A stretch of 64,000 nt of DNA from Eledone cirrhosa (GCA_964016885.1 OZ024743.1:121210001-121274000), one strand, 5' to 3'. Shown: positions 1 to 14,483, counted from the stretch's first letter. A program made the numbers and translations. Notes: generated by a model not told the origin, from the sequence alone.

Positions 1-1776
1 CTCTGTCTCCCAGGACCCCATACTCCTGCCTAGCAACTGTCTGATGTTATCCGCCACCCTGAAGATCTCCAGGCTCTTGGTGATCCAGGAATGAGGCACC
101 ATGTCAAATGCCTTTCTGTAGTCTATCCATCCCATGGCAAGATCAGTGTGTCTCCTCCTGCAATTCCCCATTACCATCTTATCAATAAGTAACTGGTCCT
201 TTGTACCACGCGACTTCTTTCCGCATCCTTTCTGTTCGTCCGGTAACAAGTTGTTTGTGTGGAGGTGATGGTAGATTTCCTCAGACACAATGCTCGTCAA
301 CAGTTTCCACATTACGGACAGACATGTGATAGGTCTATAGTTGGTAACATCATTACCCTTGATTCGGTCTTTCATTATCAGAACTGTGGTACCTTTTGTC
401 AACCACTCTGGCACCTCACCCGACACCAAGCAGTCATTGAACATGGCCGTCAGCTTCGGGTGGAGGGATGTTAAATGTTTAATCCAATACCCCTGCACAC
501 CATCTGGGCCTGGTGTTTTCCAGTTGGTTAGTTTTTTGGCTTGCCCCTTAAGAGTTTCAACTGTGATACCCAAATCAGTTTGTTGTTGTGCCTGCTCACC
601 GATCTCCCTCTGTACTGTCTCAATCCACCCTGCCTGGGCATTGTGTCTAACATCCTGCTCCCATATTCCTCTCCAGAATGTTTTAGTTTGTTCCGCCCCA
701 GGGATCAAGTCGTTGCCTCTTTCTTTCCCCTCAAGCTGTCCAAACAGCATCTTCTGGTTGTTGTCGAACATGCGGTTCTGTTTATACTGACTGACTCTGT
801 TCTCGTATCGCCTGATTTTTGCACTCTTTGCTACAATGCGTTGCTTCAATTCCTCTATGATAATATTTAGCTTTTTACTCCTAGTTTTGTATTTTATTTC
901 CAGTCTATTTTTAGTGCCTATGTTTTTTAGTGTCCCATTCAGTAGTGACTCAAGCTTTCCTATGTCATTCCTCATTTCCCCGATTTGCCCACTCAGTCGC
1001 TTCTTCCACCACGGCTCTGCTCTTTCTTGTCTGTTGTTTCCTCTCGCTTTTATACCAAGTAGTTTCCTCACCGTATTTGCTGTTGCTTTGAGGATATTGT
1101 TGCACTGGTGAAGGCTCCTCGCCTCAAGGTATGAGATGACTTTGTTTACCTTAGCTGTTGTTTCTTTTAACTTTTTCCTGTCTACAAATCTTAGGTTCAT
1201 AGGTCTCCCACTATCATTGTTCAATTCATCTACCACTAAATTTAGGATGTCAACCGAATCTTGTCCTAGCCCGTCAGCATTCATCTCCTCAGTGGCCGTA
1301 TCTCTGTTCCAGGTATTATTTATCTCAGTATTCAGATCATTGTCTGCTTCGGGTGGTTCCTCCGTTCTCAGGACCTCTTCACCTTCATTTCCCACTGGCT
1401 CGCTTGTCTGGCATACTACACCCGCCATCTCCAAGCCATTCTCTCTGCTCAGTTCCTCCAGTTCCAGCTCGCTTATCCACCCATTAGTTCTTATTACCCG
1501 AGCCTGCCCGGCCAATTTTTGTTCATCTAATTTAAATAAACCAATCTCGTTCCAGATGTTATGCATCCGTCTGCTGTAGCCCCTCTCCTTGGGGTTACTT
1601 TTCAGGTAGCATTGCATAACAGTTCTATTCAATTCTTTCGTCCAGTTGGTTCTGGCCCCTTTCCTTCTTCTTCTTCCTCCAACATCAGCAGTATTTGGTT
1701 GACAGTCAGGTTCCTGCTGCTGAGCCAGGGGGCACCTGTTGGGTGAGAGTCTGTCACATGACGTTCTAGTCTCCAT
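1..1776 (-). CDS. Retrotransposon ORF (N-terminal region plus start of reverse transcriptase), at least 592 codons, cut by the window edge
   Basis: ATG at 1776-1774. The segments I translated are open. It is probably missing from the ORF track because no stop is reached inside the window. Not every codon was checked. Confidence 0.75.
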   Translation of the reverse strand, partial: METRTSCDRLSPNRCPLAQQQEPDCQPNTADVGGRRRRKGARTNWTKELNRTVMQCYLKSNPKERGYSRRMHNIWNEIGLFKLDEQKLAGQARVIRTNGWISELELEELSRENGLEMAGVVCQTSEPVGNEGEEVLRTEEPPEADNDLNTEINNTWNRDTATEEMNADGLGQDSVDILNLVVDELNNDSGRPMNLRFVDRKKLKETTAKVNKVISYLEARSLHQCNNILKATANTVRKLLGIKARGNNRQERAEPWWKKRLSGQIGEMRNDIGKLESLLNGTLKNIGTKNRLEIKYKTRSKKLNIIIEELKQRIVAKSAKIRRYENRVSQYKQNRMFDNNQKMLFGQLEGKERGNDLIPGAEQTKTFWRGIWEQDVRHNAQAGWIETVQREIGEQAQQQTDLGITVETLKGQAKKLTNWKTPGPDGVQGYWIKHLTSLHPKLTAMFNDCLVSGEVPEWLTKGTTVLIMKDRIKGNDVTNYRPITCLSVMWKLLTSIVSEEIYHHLHTNNLLPDEQKGCGKKSRGTKDQLLIDKMVMGNCRRRHTDLAMGWIDYRKAFDMVPHSWITKSLEIFRVADNIRQLLGRSMGSWETE

Positions 1777-2104
1777 TTCACCGTTATTCGAACTGTTTAT
1801 GTTCGATATTTAAACACTCTTATCGAGGATTGGCGAATGTATAGTTACATAGCCATCTGTGGATCCGCCATTCCACTTGGCCCTTGTGTGGCATTATCAC
1901 CACGCTGTATACGAACACACATAAACAAACAAACACACAGGCAGAAAGGGCCCCAAAAATGAATAAGCATATGTTTCATTGTAATGTAGTGTTCGAATGT
2001 CTGACTTAGTTTTTGTTTTTTAAGTTTTACTTTTTCCCCCCTCTTCTCTGTCCGTCCGCCTGCTTCTCTCTTCATTCTTATTTTCTTTACGTTTTGGGGG
2101 TTTC

Positions 2105-2105
<1 letters not shown>
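1..2105 (-). mobile_element. R4/Dong-like non-LTR retrotransposon, 5' part (5'UTR plus ORF running off the left edge of the window)
   Basis: Minus strand reads METRTSCDRL...RTNWTKELNRTVMQCYLKSNPKERGYSRRMHNIW (R4/Dong-type N-terminus) and, near position 1, RT motifs YRPITCL, QKGC and WIDYRKAFDMVPHSWI. The 5' end abuts (TTA)n at 2107-2157. Confidence 0.85.

Positions 2106-2106
<1 letters not shown>

Positions 2107-2157
<51 letters not shown>
2107..2157. repeat. (TTA)n microsatellite, probable target site of the Dong-like element
   Basis: Directly visible, adjacent to the LINE 5' end. Confidence 0.9.
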
Positions 2158-2159
<2 letters not shown>

Positions 2160-4677
2160 AGATGACCAATACTTAACGGTCGGTAACTCAGTTCTAAAAA
2201 GTAAAAAACGAAAAAAATAAAAATATAATTCGTTATCAATTTTATTTGATCAAGAACAACTATTTTAAGGAAGTAGGCAATTGGTATCTTGTTGGGGAAT
2301 TAGTAGTATAGTGATATGTATTCATATCAACTACGAATCGAAACCGGCAAACGATTTCGACTTGCTATAAATTTAGTTCTTGTTCTACACCGTCTGCTCT
2401 GTTATGATGAATTATGTAGCCAAGCTCTGTATTCTCTTGCAATTTACACTGCTAGCAACATAAATTTATAATTGTATCTTTATCCTATTATGTTATTGAT
2501 TATAGAAACACGAGTCTCAAATATAGTGTAAGCAGAAATATGGTTGTGTGCCGTTCAATATATTGTCAATCTATCGAAAATGAAATATTTACAATATAGT
2601 TTCCAAATCGTCTATCGCATTCGGATCAACTCCAGCTACATCATAAGTATTGGAAGTAAAACAATAAGAAGGTTGCTTCAATGGTAAAGTATATTTGCAA
2701 TCTCAGGTTTAAATTATAGAAATAATTCCATCCGTTTAAAATGATAAGTCAAACATCAGAAAACCAAGGAGCTTTAATAAATCAAGTTTGATTAAATAAT
2801 TATCTCATGTGCTTACCATGTATGACATAAGAATGCGTTCATCGGATTAGAGGGATTATCGTTCGAATAGTCGGATTGTATATGACTGGGATTAGAGCTG
2901 TACAGTTCAATAACTTCAATTTCTCCTTCACATTCATATGAAATAATAGTTTTGCAAATAGTCTAGAACAGCAAATCAATGCAGTTTACTTTAACTGATG
3001 CCATTGTAGTGTCATGCTACAAAGACTGACTTTTTCGCTTCATTATGTTGAAACACCATAACTATCTTACGAAAGCGGCCATATTAATATTAGGAATCTA
3101 TTAAAGTGTAATCAAAGCACTTATTTTGAAAAAGGCTATGAAATGTGAGGTCATGAGTTAATGCAAAAGAAAATTATGTGTATTCTGTATGCTTATTTGT
3201 GCTACTTGCATTAAATATGCTGATACTAACGCACCTATTTTTCTTCGTGCCTTTAGCTTTCCTGTATTATTTAGTTTGTAATGAATTCTAATTTTCTACA
3301 CTAACAAATATAGAATTGTGTGCTTTTACTGAATTATTCTTTCATCGATGCTTTGGCAAGTTTTGCTCGCCTGATGGGATAACAATAAGAGGAAAACATG
3401 ACATCTCCTTTGCTTGCCGAGATAATAAATATATGATAATCGACTAATATCGCATTAGCCCCAGTACATAATTATTTCTAGTAAGCTTTTTTCTTTCTAT
3501 GCATCAAAAGTGTGCTTCCAGGAGAAATGTGACTTTCATGTCAGAAGCATTGTGTAGGATTAAAATTCCTTCCGTTATTTAGTTATGTCACGTTGTGTTC
3601 AGAGTTCATATATCTACGTGATCATATGCGCCTTTAATACAACGTTATTGATAAACAAAGTAGTTAAATAATGATGTTGATTTAACTGACTATACTGTTC
3701 TCCTAAAATGTGTGGTAATGTGCCACTATTTGCTACTACATAGTAAGCGTATTCTAAATATATGTTCAAGTAGGTAGCTCAGACAATGTATATGATATTG
3801 CCTGACAGGTTAGTCGTATATTCTTGGTTAGGTAAAAATCACAATATTAAAGGGAAGGATAAAGAGGAAGTAGGAAATCTCAGCATTATAAACTGAATTA
3901 ATTCCATTTGAATCGAAACTGAATAGTGAACTCGATTCATTAAAAATTAAACTTAATTTTACACCAAAATTTTATTCATGCTAACTATTAGATTTCTTTA
4001 AACACATTTTTATATTTTCTGGCCACAAAAAGATGCTGGTCCTTCATAAGTTATGTTCAAAGTTGTCTAGATTTACAAGTGCATGGTCCAATTGCTCAGA
4101 TTATTGAGTACATCAGAATGTTTTCAAAAACATCTTATTTCGAAACATTAACTAGATATTTTATTGGTGTGAAAAGGTGCGAGATAATGTGATTTAACGA
4201 TAGTTGGTGTTGGACAAATGAATGTTAATGTGAATCGACTGAGGTTGCAATGTGTAATTCAGATTAATTTATTCAGCTAGGGGGTGTTCTCCTCACCGAT
4301 TAGACAGCATTGATTTATCTTAATGCTCAGATGAAGTAGAATAACTAAAATAGAATGTTATCTCCATTTTACTGCGAGGTTTTCTGCTTTAATTACGCTG
4401 TGTTCTAGACTATGACTACTTCTATCTTGGTTTTGTCTTTAGTTTTCAATTTCAGCAGACTAATTTTAGATACTTCTGCCATCTGTCGTATTTATTTCCT
4501 AGTCCAAGAGTTACCAGTAATATATATATATATATATATATATAAATATATCTGTGCCTTCGTCATTTTTTCTCATTCTCACTCACTCTGGTCTCTTGCT
4601 CTATTTACAATCTCCCTCTCCCATGTATCCCTGCATCTTTCGCTATTTATTTCTCCCTCTCCATAGACATGCATATG

Positions 4678-4940
4678 TGGAAGCACGTGGCCTAGAGGTA
4701 AGGGTGTTGAACTTACGATCATAATGTCGTGGGTTCGATTCCTGTGTTGTGTTCTTGAGCAAAACACTTCATTTCACGTTGCTCCAGTATACTCAGCTGA
4801 GAATGAGAACCAGCAATAACTAGTGTTTTAACCCTGCGAACGACTGGCATCCTATTCAGGAGGAGTCTTGTACTCTCAGACCCTTCAGGCCTGGAAACCG
4901 GGATAAGCACCGCCCAAATGAGCTTTCTGGCTTAAGACAC
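4678..4940 (+). mobile_element. tRNA-derived SINE with CORE-like body
   Basis: A-box-like GTGGCCTAGAGGTAAG, B-box GGTTCGATTCC, then TGTGTTCTTGAGCAAAACACTTCATTTCACGTTGCTCCAG. A related copy lies at 35155-35360. Confidence 0.75.
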
Positions 4941-5074
4941 ACTTTAGACATTTTTTTTTTAGATATACCTGTACAAACATAAATACATGCATTCATTTAT
5001 AAATATATATAAAAATATACTTATATATTTATACATGTACACATGTGTATGCGTGTGTGTGTCTATATACATGA

Positions 5075-5169
<95 letters not shown>

Positions 5170-5559
5170 TATGTATTTATTATGTATGTATACGACCGAA
5201 TAGCTTCTGCAGTAGAAGACGGTTATCCAACTTGCCAGGCAGCTGGTCTGAACCCAGTACCAACCGATTGTTAAGTGAACTTCTTTTCCACCTAATTATA
5301 TCATGTAAATGCAGAGACATTTCTTTCTCAGGGATTTCAAAGACACCCGTTGAATGGCAAATAATGATGAAAATATTGACAGTGGTATTAACGTTAAACT
5401 GAAAATAATAACCACAAGCAAAATGTCTAAGTCACTCCACACCTTTTCTTGTAAAAGTTAATTCTGTACATGTGTTTAGGACTTTTTCAGTTGTTCGGCA
5501 GTATTTATGTTTATATAAAACAAACACATTAATCTATATTGAATATATATATAAGCATA

Positions 5560-6100
5560 TAACAATTGTTTGTATTTTTGGCACAAGGCCAGCAATTACC
5601 CTGGTACTTTATTTTATCGACCCCGTAAGGATGAAAGGCAAAGTCAACCTTGGCGGGATTTGAACTCAGAATGGCAAGGTCCGTAACTCTATGCGTCAAA
5701 GCATGACGTCCGACCCTTTACGGATACTGCCAATCCACCGCCCTATATAAGCATATAATAATTGTTTCTACTTTAGGCACAAGGCCAGCAATTACCCAGT
5801 GCATTACTGGTACTTTATTTTATCGACCCCGTAAGGATGAAAGGCAAAGTCAACCTCAGCGGGATTTGAACTCAGATCGTAAAGGACCGTAACTATGCTG
5901 GAAAGCATGGCGTCCGACCCTCTACCGATACTGCCAATCCACTGGTTTCTGATTATGGCATACAGCCAATAAATTAGGGGGAGGGAGAAGTCGATTAAAT
6001 TGACCCCAGTGCGTTACTGGTACTTTATTTTATCGACCCATAAGGATGAAAGGCAAACCTCAATCTCGACAGGATTTGAACTCAGAACGTAAAGGGCCAT
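5560..6100 (-). mobile_element. Tandem trimer of the dominant SINE family
   Basis: Three copies of CTGGTACTTTATTTTATCGACCCCGTAAGGATGAAAGGCAAAG...GGGATTTGAACTCAGA (B box on the minus strand). Confidence 0.9.
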
Positions 6101-6784
6101 AATTAATAATTAATAATAATTACTATGGTTGTTGTTGTTGTCTCTGGATTTCGTATTTCAGGTCTTCCCGCTTTCTTTGCCTACCAATCTAATATTAAAT
6201 GAGCAAGCAACGCACACAATCGATTAACCAACACATTCTTCCCCGTTTATGAATACAACCATACCTGGACGTACATGCTTCATTTACTTATGCGGTTGAA
6301 TAATTTCCCATATGTTTTCACACAGATGTTTTGAAAGACACGTTCTGATTTGTGGTCATGGCACTTTTTCAAAGGGATTGGCAAAATCGTTAGAATGATG
6401 GTGAAATACTTAACAATACTTGTTCCGGCTCTTTATGTTCTCATTTCAAATTAAGCCCAAGTCAAGCTTATATTTCATCTCTAATATTATAATTCAACTC
6501 AAATATTATAATTTCAATGCTTCGATTAACCCAATTAAACTGCCAACTGTTAGTCACTGGTTACTGAAATTATAAGAATCATGAAAAGCGGCGTAAATCG
6601 TATGGCCTAGTCTTTCAAGCAGCAAATACCATGAAACCTACAGTTTACTGAAGCTTAGAAAGTTGAAACATTAAATGAGCATATCGTTTCTGAATTTGCA
6701 ACATTGATATCAAATTCTTCCACCCAGAATGCTATCTACCAAGCTATTTGGTCGAATATATGCCATATAACTATTTAGTTGCTT

Positions 6785-7350
6785 TGGCAGTATCGGTAGA
6801 GCGTCAGACACCATGCTTTTAGAATAGAGTTATGGCCCTTTACGTTCTGATTTCAAATCCCACCGAAGTTAGCTTTGCCTTTCATCCTTACGGGGTTGGT
6901 AAAATAAAGTACCAGTAATGCACTGGGATAATTGCTTGCCTTGTGCCAAAAGTAGAAACAATTATAATTAAGGGGTGGATTGGCGGCGTCAGTAGAGCAT
7001 CGAATAAATGTTTAGTACTATATGTTCCGACTCTTTAAGTTCTGAGTGAAGGCTTTCATCATTTCGGGGTCGATAAAATGAAGTACCAAACACTGGCGTC
7101 GATATAATCGACATTTCTCTTCCCTTAAATTGCTAGATTTGAGCTTAAATTAGGGCAGTGGAATGGCAGAATGAGAAAATACATTACAGCTGTATGTTGT
7201 GGCCCTGTACATTATGAGCTCAAATCCCACTGAGGTCAATTTCGCTTTTCGTACTTTCGAGGTCAATAAAATAAAGTACCAGTCATCATGGTATTTGTAG
7301 CTTTGCCCTTCTTCCATATTTGCTGGATTTATGCTTCAATGAAAAATTGT
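6785..7350 (+). mobile_element. Three tandem SINE copies of increasing divergence
   Basis: TGGCAGTATCGGTAGAG head and TTTGCCTTTCATCCTTACGGGG..TAAAATAAAGTACCAG body, repeated. Confidence 0.85.
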
Positions 7351-7649
7351 TATTATTTACCCATGTAGCAATCAGAAAGGACAGGGTCAAATTCTTGATA
7401 TCCCAATGATTAGAAATATCAATTAGCAGATGATGAACCCTATTAATTTGATAAGGTAATTGGTGATTATATGCCCCCGAAAGATCAAAAACGATAGTCG
7501 CCCTCTGCCGGATTTGAACTTATCACGTAAATGAGCGTAACTAGACCAGACAATCAACCTTTATCCATCTTTCTCCCCACTCCGTCTCTCTCTCTATCTT
7601 TCCATCTCTGTCTCCCTATTTCTCGTTTTCTTGTTTTCTCATACATACA

Positions 7650-7685
<36 letters not shown>

Positions 7686-7698
7686 TACATACACAGAA

Positions 7699-7734
<36 letters not shown>

Positions 7735-8019
7735 AATTAGTAGCGTTATATTTGTCTATGGTGGTGTTGGTGTGTTGAAGGGTGCTGGGGATACTGCATT
7801 TGTACTGGTGTGAGTGTGATCTGTTAGTATAATTAACTAGTTAATTAGTAGCATTAGTAAAATTAAATGTGTATCTATGGTCGTATTGGTGTAACTAATT
7901 AATTAGTTGTGTGTGTATTTATCGTATCTATGCGATTTAGTTTGTCTATGTACGCGCCTGAGTGGGTATGTTGGTATGAGCTGAAAAAAGCAGACTGGAG
8001 GAATATAGGTGGAGCATAT

Positions 8020-8600
8020 GGGTCGTGCCCACTGAAAGTTTGGAGAGAATAAAGCGATGTTCTCTCCTCAGACATCAGTCCGTGGGTCTAGGGCAAGCAA
8101 CGAGGCTAAAAACTGTAACGTGGTGGGTTATGTATCCAGGGAGGCGGCGAAATGCCGGGCAACCGGAGACTGGTTGCCGAGCCGCATTATCCAGAAATGG
8201 TCGGCGAACCTGTCCGCTTGTCGATGACCGCTTTGTCCAATGTAGACGGCCTCTCAGAGTGTGTAACGGAACGAGGAGAGAATACCGGGGGAGGTGTAGT
8301 GGAAGAAGTCCCTGACTCGGTAGTGATGGCATGATGTAAGGGTAGTGGTGTGGTCAGCTTTGCGGGCACGGATTACGGGGGGTTTAGACAAGGGTAGGGT
8401 GTAACCTCGCCAAGTAAAAAGTCTAACCATGTAATGAGCCTGCCTTTCGAAATCATAGGTTCCATTGCACAGACGGTGGTCGCAGGAAAATGGGAGTAGG
8501 GGATGGAATAGCTCATGGATGAGGCCAGTGTATTGGGCAAAAATTCAGGCCTCAACATAGCAAACGAATATGTTGGCGTAGTTGGGTATATAATATAAAC
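8020..8600 (-). pseudogene. Decayed Penelope-like (Neptune-type) GIY-YIG endonuclease fragment
   Basis: Minus strand from 8247 reads VYIGQSGHRQADRFADHF...SPVARHF. A degenerate linker (TPYPCLNPP) lies upstream. Frameshifted. Confidence 0.7.
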
Positions 8601-8626
8601 CGCCACACACCCACGCACACTTATAC

Positions 8627-8695
<69 letters not shown>

Positions 8696-8714
8696 TTTGA
8701 CCATATATGGAATT

Positions 8715-8808
8715 ACCCCTTGAGAAGCTCGGCTATTTATATACCAGGATACATTTTTATTTAGTCCAGAATTAGCCGTCGAAACGGCTTGAGCTCAGCC
8801 GTCGGGGT
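8715..8808 (+). ncRNA. Type I hammerhead ribozyme, U3-A8 core variant
   Basis: ACCCC-TTGAGAA-[helix II CGGCTA/TAGCCG, long loop]-GAAA-CGGCT tgagctc AGCCG-TC-GGGGT. Confidence 0.75.
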
Positions 8809-8864
8809 CTAACTGGTTCCTATATGTATATATATATATAATATATATATGTATATTCATATAC

Positions 8865-8904
<40 letters not shown>

Positions 8905-8918
8905 TTATAAATATATAC

Positions 8919-8956
<38 letters not shown>

Positions 8957-9961
8957 TTGGAATAATATTTATAAGAAAGTTACGAAACGATAATTTATTG
9001 GTTCCCTTATAGACACTGTTATAAAAATACCTCGTTTGTTTAATGCGGTTTCCTTTCAATAGTTTTTGTCTTTATATTTCCCATACCATTCGCCTACTCT
9101 TCTCATATTTGTCCAAATCAGACTGTAAGAGATATAAAGACAATTTACCGATCAACAAACACTTCATTTTATTTTACTTTTTAATTTTTAATGTTTTATT
9201 TATTCTGTTTTAACTGCGTCTGATTATATACAAAACAGCAACGTAGTTCGCTAATAAATTATTTATACATTTCCCTATCTCTAACTATGTATTATTTCTT
9301 TTTCGTTCTTTCTATTTGTCTTTCTATCTTTCTCCCTTTCTATCTATATTTCTGAATCTATATTGATTAAGTTTTTACACAAAACCAACAGCTGCTTATT
9401 TTATCTAAATGCCTTGTGATATCATTACTTTTCTGTAGATTCCAATTTTATCAATTGACAACAGTTCTATTAGCCTCCTATTCCTACTAGCGTGAACTTC
9501 AATTGAAATTTCTTAATTGAAAATCGTTGAAGCCAATTCCACATAACATAGATTACTTCATATATTAGAAAATTAGTTCTTCCACCAATGCAGCAGTAGT
9601 AGTTTAAATAAAACCAACTAGATACAACTAAGAGGATACAATATCCTTACATGGAGGTGGTGCTTAAGCTGTATTAATATTTATTTCAGGAAATATAGCC
9701 ACTCAGAGAATTTGTTAGATAATGTATGCATATTTCAGTTAGGAGGAATAGAATGTCTGTAGACATATTATTGTGTTGTTTTGGTTGATCTCTATTGATT
9801 TGCTGGTTTACTCTCCACAAAAGTACATTAGTGTTCAGAAAATCTGAGCATTCATATATGGTGCACACGCACAGACACATACGCACAAACACACACACAT
9901 GCATACATATATACATGCATGCATACATATATATATATGCATGCATGCATACATATATGTA

Positions 9962-10038
<77 letters not shown>

Positions 10039-10150
10039 ATAGATAAATATATATAGTGGTGGTGGAACAGAAGTTAAATTCTGATATGATGCTATGATGC
10101 TTTACTCTATTCACTTTACAGTATATTCCACCCTGACTTTATAGTATATA

Positions 10151-10241
<91 letters not shown>

Positions 10242-10827
10242 CGTGCGTGCGTGTGTGTGCGCACGTGTATTGTGGGATGTGTATGCATTTTCTAAAGTTT
10301 AAAGCAATGAGATGAGCACAATAACGATTAGTCTTCACCTTTCAGAGTCAATATCCTGATGGTAAATAACACAAGCCACAGCCTGTTATAAACAACTGTA
10401 TGTAAACTAATTCAAATAGAAAGAATCTCTTACAGAACTCTAACATTGTGCAACAAATATATGTATTTCCTGAAATCCTTTTAGTAGAGATAATCTAATG
10501 AGTCAAATGTAGTAATCCTATGTTTTTAATGTCAGCAAACACTTTCCATATGAATTGATTCGTACCGATACAAAATGGCATTTGAGTTCTCGAATTACAA
10601 AATATATCACTGTTTACATTTCATCAGAACTAAAATATGTAACATAGATCTACTTAATAGATTTATTTCACAATGTTTTCACAAAGCAAAATCAGCAACG
10701 CACACTCACGCATATATATATATATATATGGGGGGGGGGGGTGTATGTGTGTGTGTGTGTATATGTGTGTGTATGTCTGTGTGTGTATATATATATGTGT
10801 GTGTGTGTGTATGTATATTTATATATA

Positions 10828-11072
<245 letters not shown>

Positions 11073-11169
11073 ATATGGGGGGGTGTATGTGTGTGTGTGT
11101 GTGTATATGTGTGTGTATGTGTGTGTGTATATATATATATATGCAAAATCATCGGACACATTTTGTTTT

Positions 11170-12655
11170 GACTATAGTGAGAACTCGTTTAGCAAGAGAA
11201 AAAGCAAAAGTAAACATTGCAATGGCGTAGAAACTAAAGATATCAGTGATTTAAGAAATTTAATTAGTGCTTCAGGATTTCTGGTGAGTGAGCGATTAGG
11301 TATGAAGGAAACAAGAAATGAAGAAATGTAAGGAACCCTGATATAAGAGAAGATTAGAATGTGATATAACATAGCTCGGAAAATATCCACGTAAAATGGA
11401 TGGATGCATGGCAGAGAGGAAAATAGAAAAAAGGGTAATGTAGGGTAGAAATTATGCCTGGACATGAGGTATAAAATAAAGTTAAAAAATTCGAATGAAG
11501 AAGACGAACCAGCATATGAAGTCGAAATCTACTCGTATTAAGTACCATACAAGTAGACAAAATAATACGAATAGGACTGCAAATCAGAAAATGTTCTTTA
11601 GAACACTGTTTGGGGAAAATAGTGTTGAACTTGCACCAAATGCTGAAGAATTCACATAATTTTGTTTAAATCTATGGGGAATTACAAAGGAGTATAACAA
11701 AGATGCGAGATGGATAAATGATATTGAGAATAAATTATCTAATGACCCAAAACAGTTATGGGAATGAATTTCAAAGAAAGACTTTCAAGGCATGTTAGAA
11801 AAGTGGCAAACTGAAATTCTTCTTGACCGGAGAGGATACGTGGATTCTGGTTGAAAAAATTTAGAAGTTTTTGGAAGCACCTAACTGAGGAAGTTCCATG
11901 TTGGAAGGTTGAAGGGAATGCAACTTTGATAAAATGAAAGGTTCGTTAGTTACGCATTACAGACCAAATACGTGCTTGAACGTGTTTTGCAAGCTGTTAA
12001 TAAGCATATTTAACACAGAAGTGCATGAACACTTTCTTCGAATTGAGATACTACCTGTCGTGTAGGAGGGATGTAAGAATATTTCTCAGAGATCCAAGGA
12101 GAATCTTGCTATTTACAACGCGATCATGAATCATTGCAAAAGACATCTAAGGAATTTAAGCATGGTTTGGATACTTTAAGAAAACCTTTTTCATGGCCCC
12201 ACATTCATGGGTACCGAAATGTTTCAGAAAGTTTTCAAAAGCAGATTAAGTTATTTATTTTATTTATGTAATGGAGTTTAGCAAGCGTTTGTGGAATATA
12301 AACCTGTATGCAAAATGAAAGCACCTATGTGTGGTTATTATAAGAAGAAGACTATTTCAAGTAGATTTATTCTCACAATTGCTCTTTGTGACCAACATGA
12401 TTCCATTGTCAATGATGGTTGACAGATATGAGATTTAAAATATAGGACCTAAGAGCAATCATCTACTTGTCAGGGATAATCTAAAGCTCCTTGGAAAGAA
12501 TGAATCTCGGGTTAACTCTCTAGTTAGAATTATTTACAGGTGCTATATAGACACTAGGATTGAGTTTGATATTGCAAAGTGTATCACTCTGATTCTTAAA
12601 AGAAGTAGGCATGTACGTAGTTGTGGGATTGAATTACCTGATGGAGAGTCAATAC
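11170..12655 (+). pseudogene. Heavily decayed R4/Dong-like LINE RT fragment
   Basis: Remnants of NQKMFFRTL (about 11583), YRPxTCL (about 11958), W...PHSW (about 12165-12210), LFQ.D..SQLLF (about 12350) and DNLKL (about 12475). Many stops. Confidence 0.7.
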
Positions 12656-12792
12656 ACACGAAAACATGTAACACTCAACACCTGGCGCTGGAAGCTTAGA
12701 TATTTGTATTAAGTAACACAAATAAATCTGTGCTTGTGTTCGAATGTTTGCATCTCTCTCTCTCTATATATATATATATATACACACACAGT

Positions 12793-12866
<74 letters not shown>

Positions 12867-12994
12867 GTATGTGTTTTTGAATCTCTGTATTTGTCTTCTC
12901 TATTCTTGAACTATATTCATGTATGTATGTATATATATATATATATATATGTGTGTGTGCGTGTGTATGTGTATGTGTGTGCGTGTGTGCGCGC

Positions 12995-13088
<94 letters not shown>

Positions 13089-14483
13089 TAGAGAGTGTGT
13101 GTGTGTGTGTATTCGGTTGTCCACATAATAATATATTATAAAATAAATTTATATCATGAAGGACGATAGCTTTAGATTCAAATAATAAACAATGTTTTAT
13201 TATTACATTTTAAATATCTAAGTGACAAACACTGTTTTATTACATCTGACATTTCTACTCTATTAATGCGTGTGTGTATGCGCGTGTATGTATGTGTGTG
13301 TGGGTATGCGCGTGTATGTATGTGTGGGTATGTCAGTGTGTGTGTGTGTGAATGTTCGGTGTAATTATTTCCTACTTTTCCTCACTTGCGTTGATGAGAA
13401 TTACAATAACCACTCCCACATCTCTTCAAAACAATATGACCAATTAATTATCCATTAACTGGTTTTACTGATAGTCGAGTGGAAAAGATGCATATTTTAT
13501 GCTTGACAGGTGTGTATAGATTAATTTACTGAAACATGAGTATAAATTAAATATTATAAAACATGAAAAACTGTACAGCACTAGAGTTAAGCAAATAGTT
13601 TAACATAAGACATGTAAATGTCAGCGGTTAGTGGTATGGTGGGTTGTGTTGTGTGCGTATTATAAACAGTAAATGCTTCAAGAAATTCTACTGAATATTG
13701 AAGCAATTAAGGTTTCAAAAACAAAAACGTATTTTTCTTTCATCGTTGTGTAGTTATTATCATTTACAAATTGAAAAACAAAAACAAAACCTGGGCAAAC
13801 TAAATAAAAATATTATAATAATGGTGTAGAAAAAGCCAGTGAATTATTCAACATGAGAAATATACTGGCTTGATTTCAATTTGGATATAGGGCATGCCTT
13901 ATCAAAAACACGAATCTGATGAATTTGAAATTACAGTATATGATTATTGTAATATATTTATATAGGAATTGTTAATATCCCAGCGGAGAGACCAATTCAT
14001 TTTGTCTGGCCAGCAAGCTGACAGATTTTGAATTAAGTTTATGATAAAAATATATCTGTATATATATATATAGAAAAGAAGTAACCAAGACTGCATAAAT
14101 AGGTATATATATATATTTATATAAATGTGTAAACATGTAAAATATACACCTTTCCCTAAAAATTTAAAAAATGAAAAATACTTTACTGGTTTATATAACT
14201 AATTCACAATCAACCATGTTAGAAAACCAATATGCGCAAATTAATAGTATCTTTCAGGATACTACTATAAGAGGTTATATATAAGCCCATTGATTACGTA
14301 TTTCCTTGTGGTGATTTGGACGATATACATGCATTCTGAAAGCTCAACTAAGCCCGAAAACCTGTTAGAGGTGTTTAGCACTTTCTCAATTTACAGGGCA
14401 AGACCTATATTTGGCACGTTCACCTGCCTATGGAATGTAACTGAGTAGATTTAAATACATATTTACGCAGTCTCGATTACTCG

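Noticed and set aside
259-1746. Plus-strand ORFs
   Set aside because: Antisense shadows of the minus-strand LINE ORF.
1825-1905. Possible HDV-like ribozyme in the LINE 5'UTR
   Set aside because: Local hairpins exist, but I could not build the nested double pseudoknot.
2160-4500. Repeat-poor stretch that might hold host exons or regulatory DNA (also 38700-39900)
   Set aside because: No ORF, splice pattern or homology recognisable by eye.
4678-4745. tRNA gene
   Set aside because: A and B boxes continue into a SINE body and there is no complete cloverleaf.
13916-13935. CTGATGA..GAAA matches here and at about 10625, 27170, 38685 and 47515
   Set aside because: No adequate helix II or helix I pairing; consistent with chance in AT-rich DNA.
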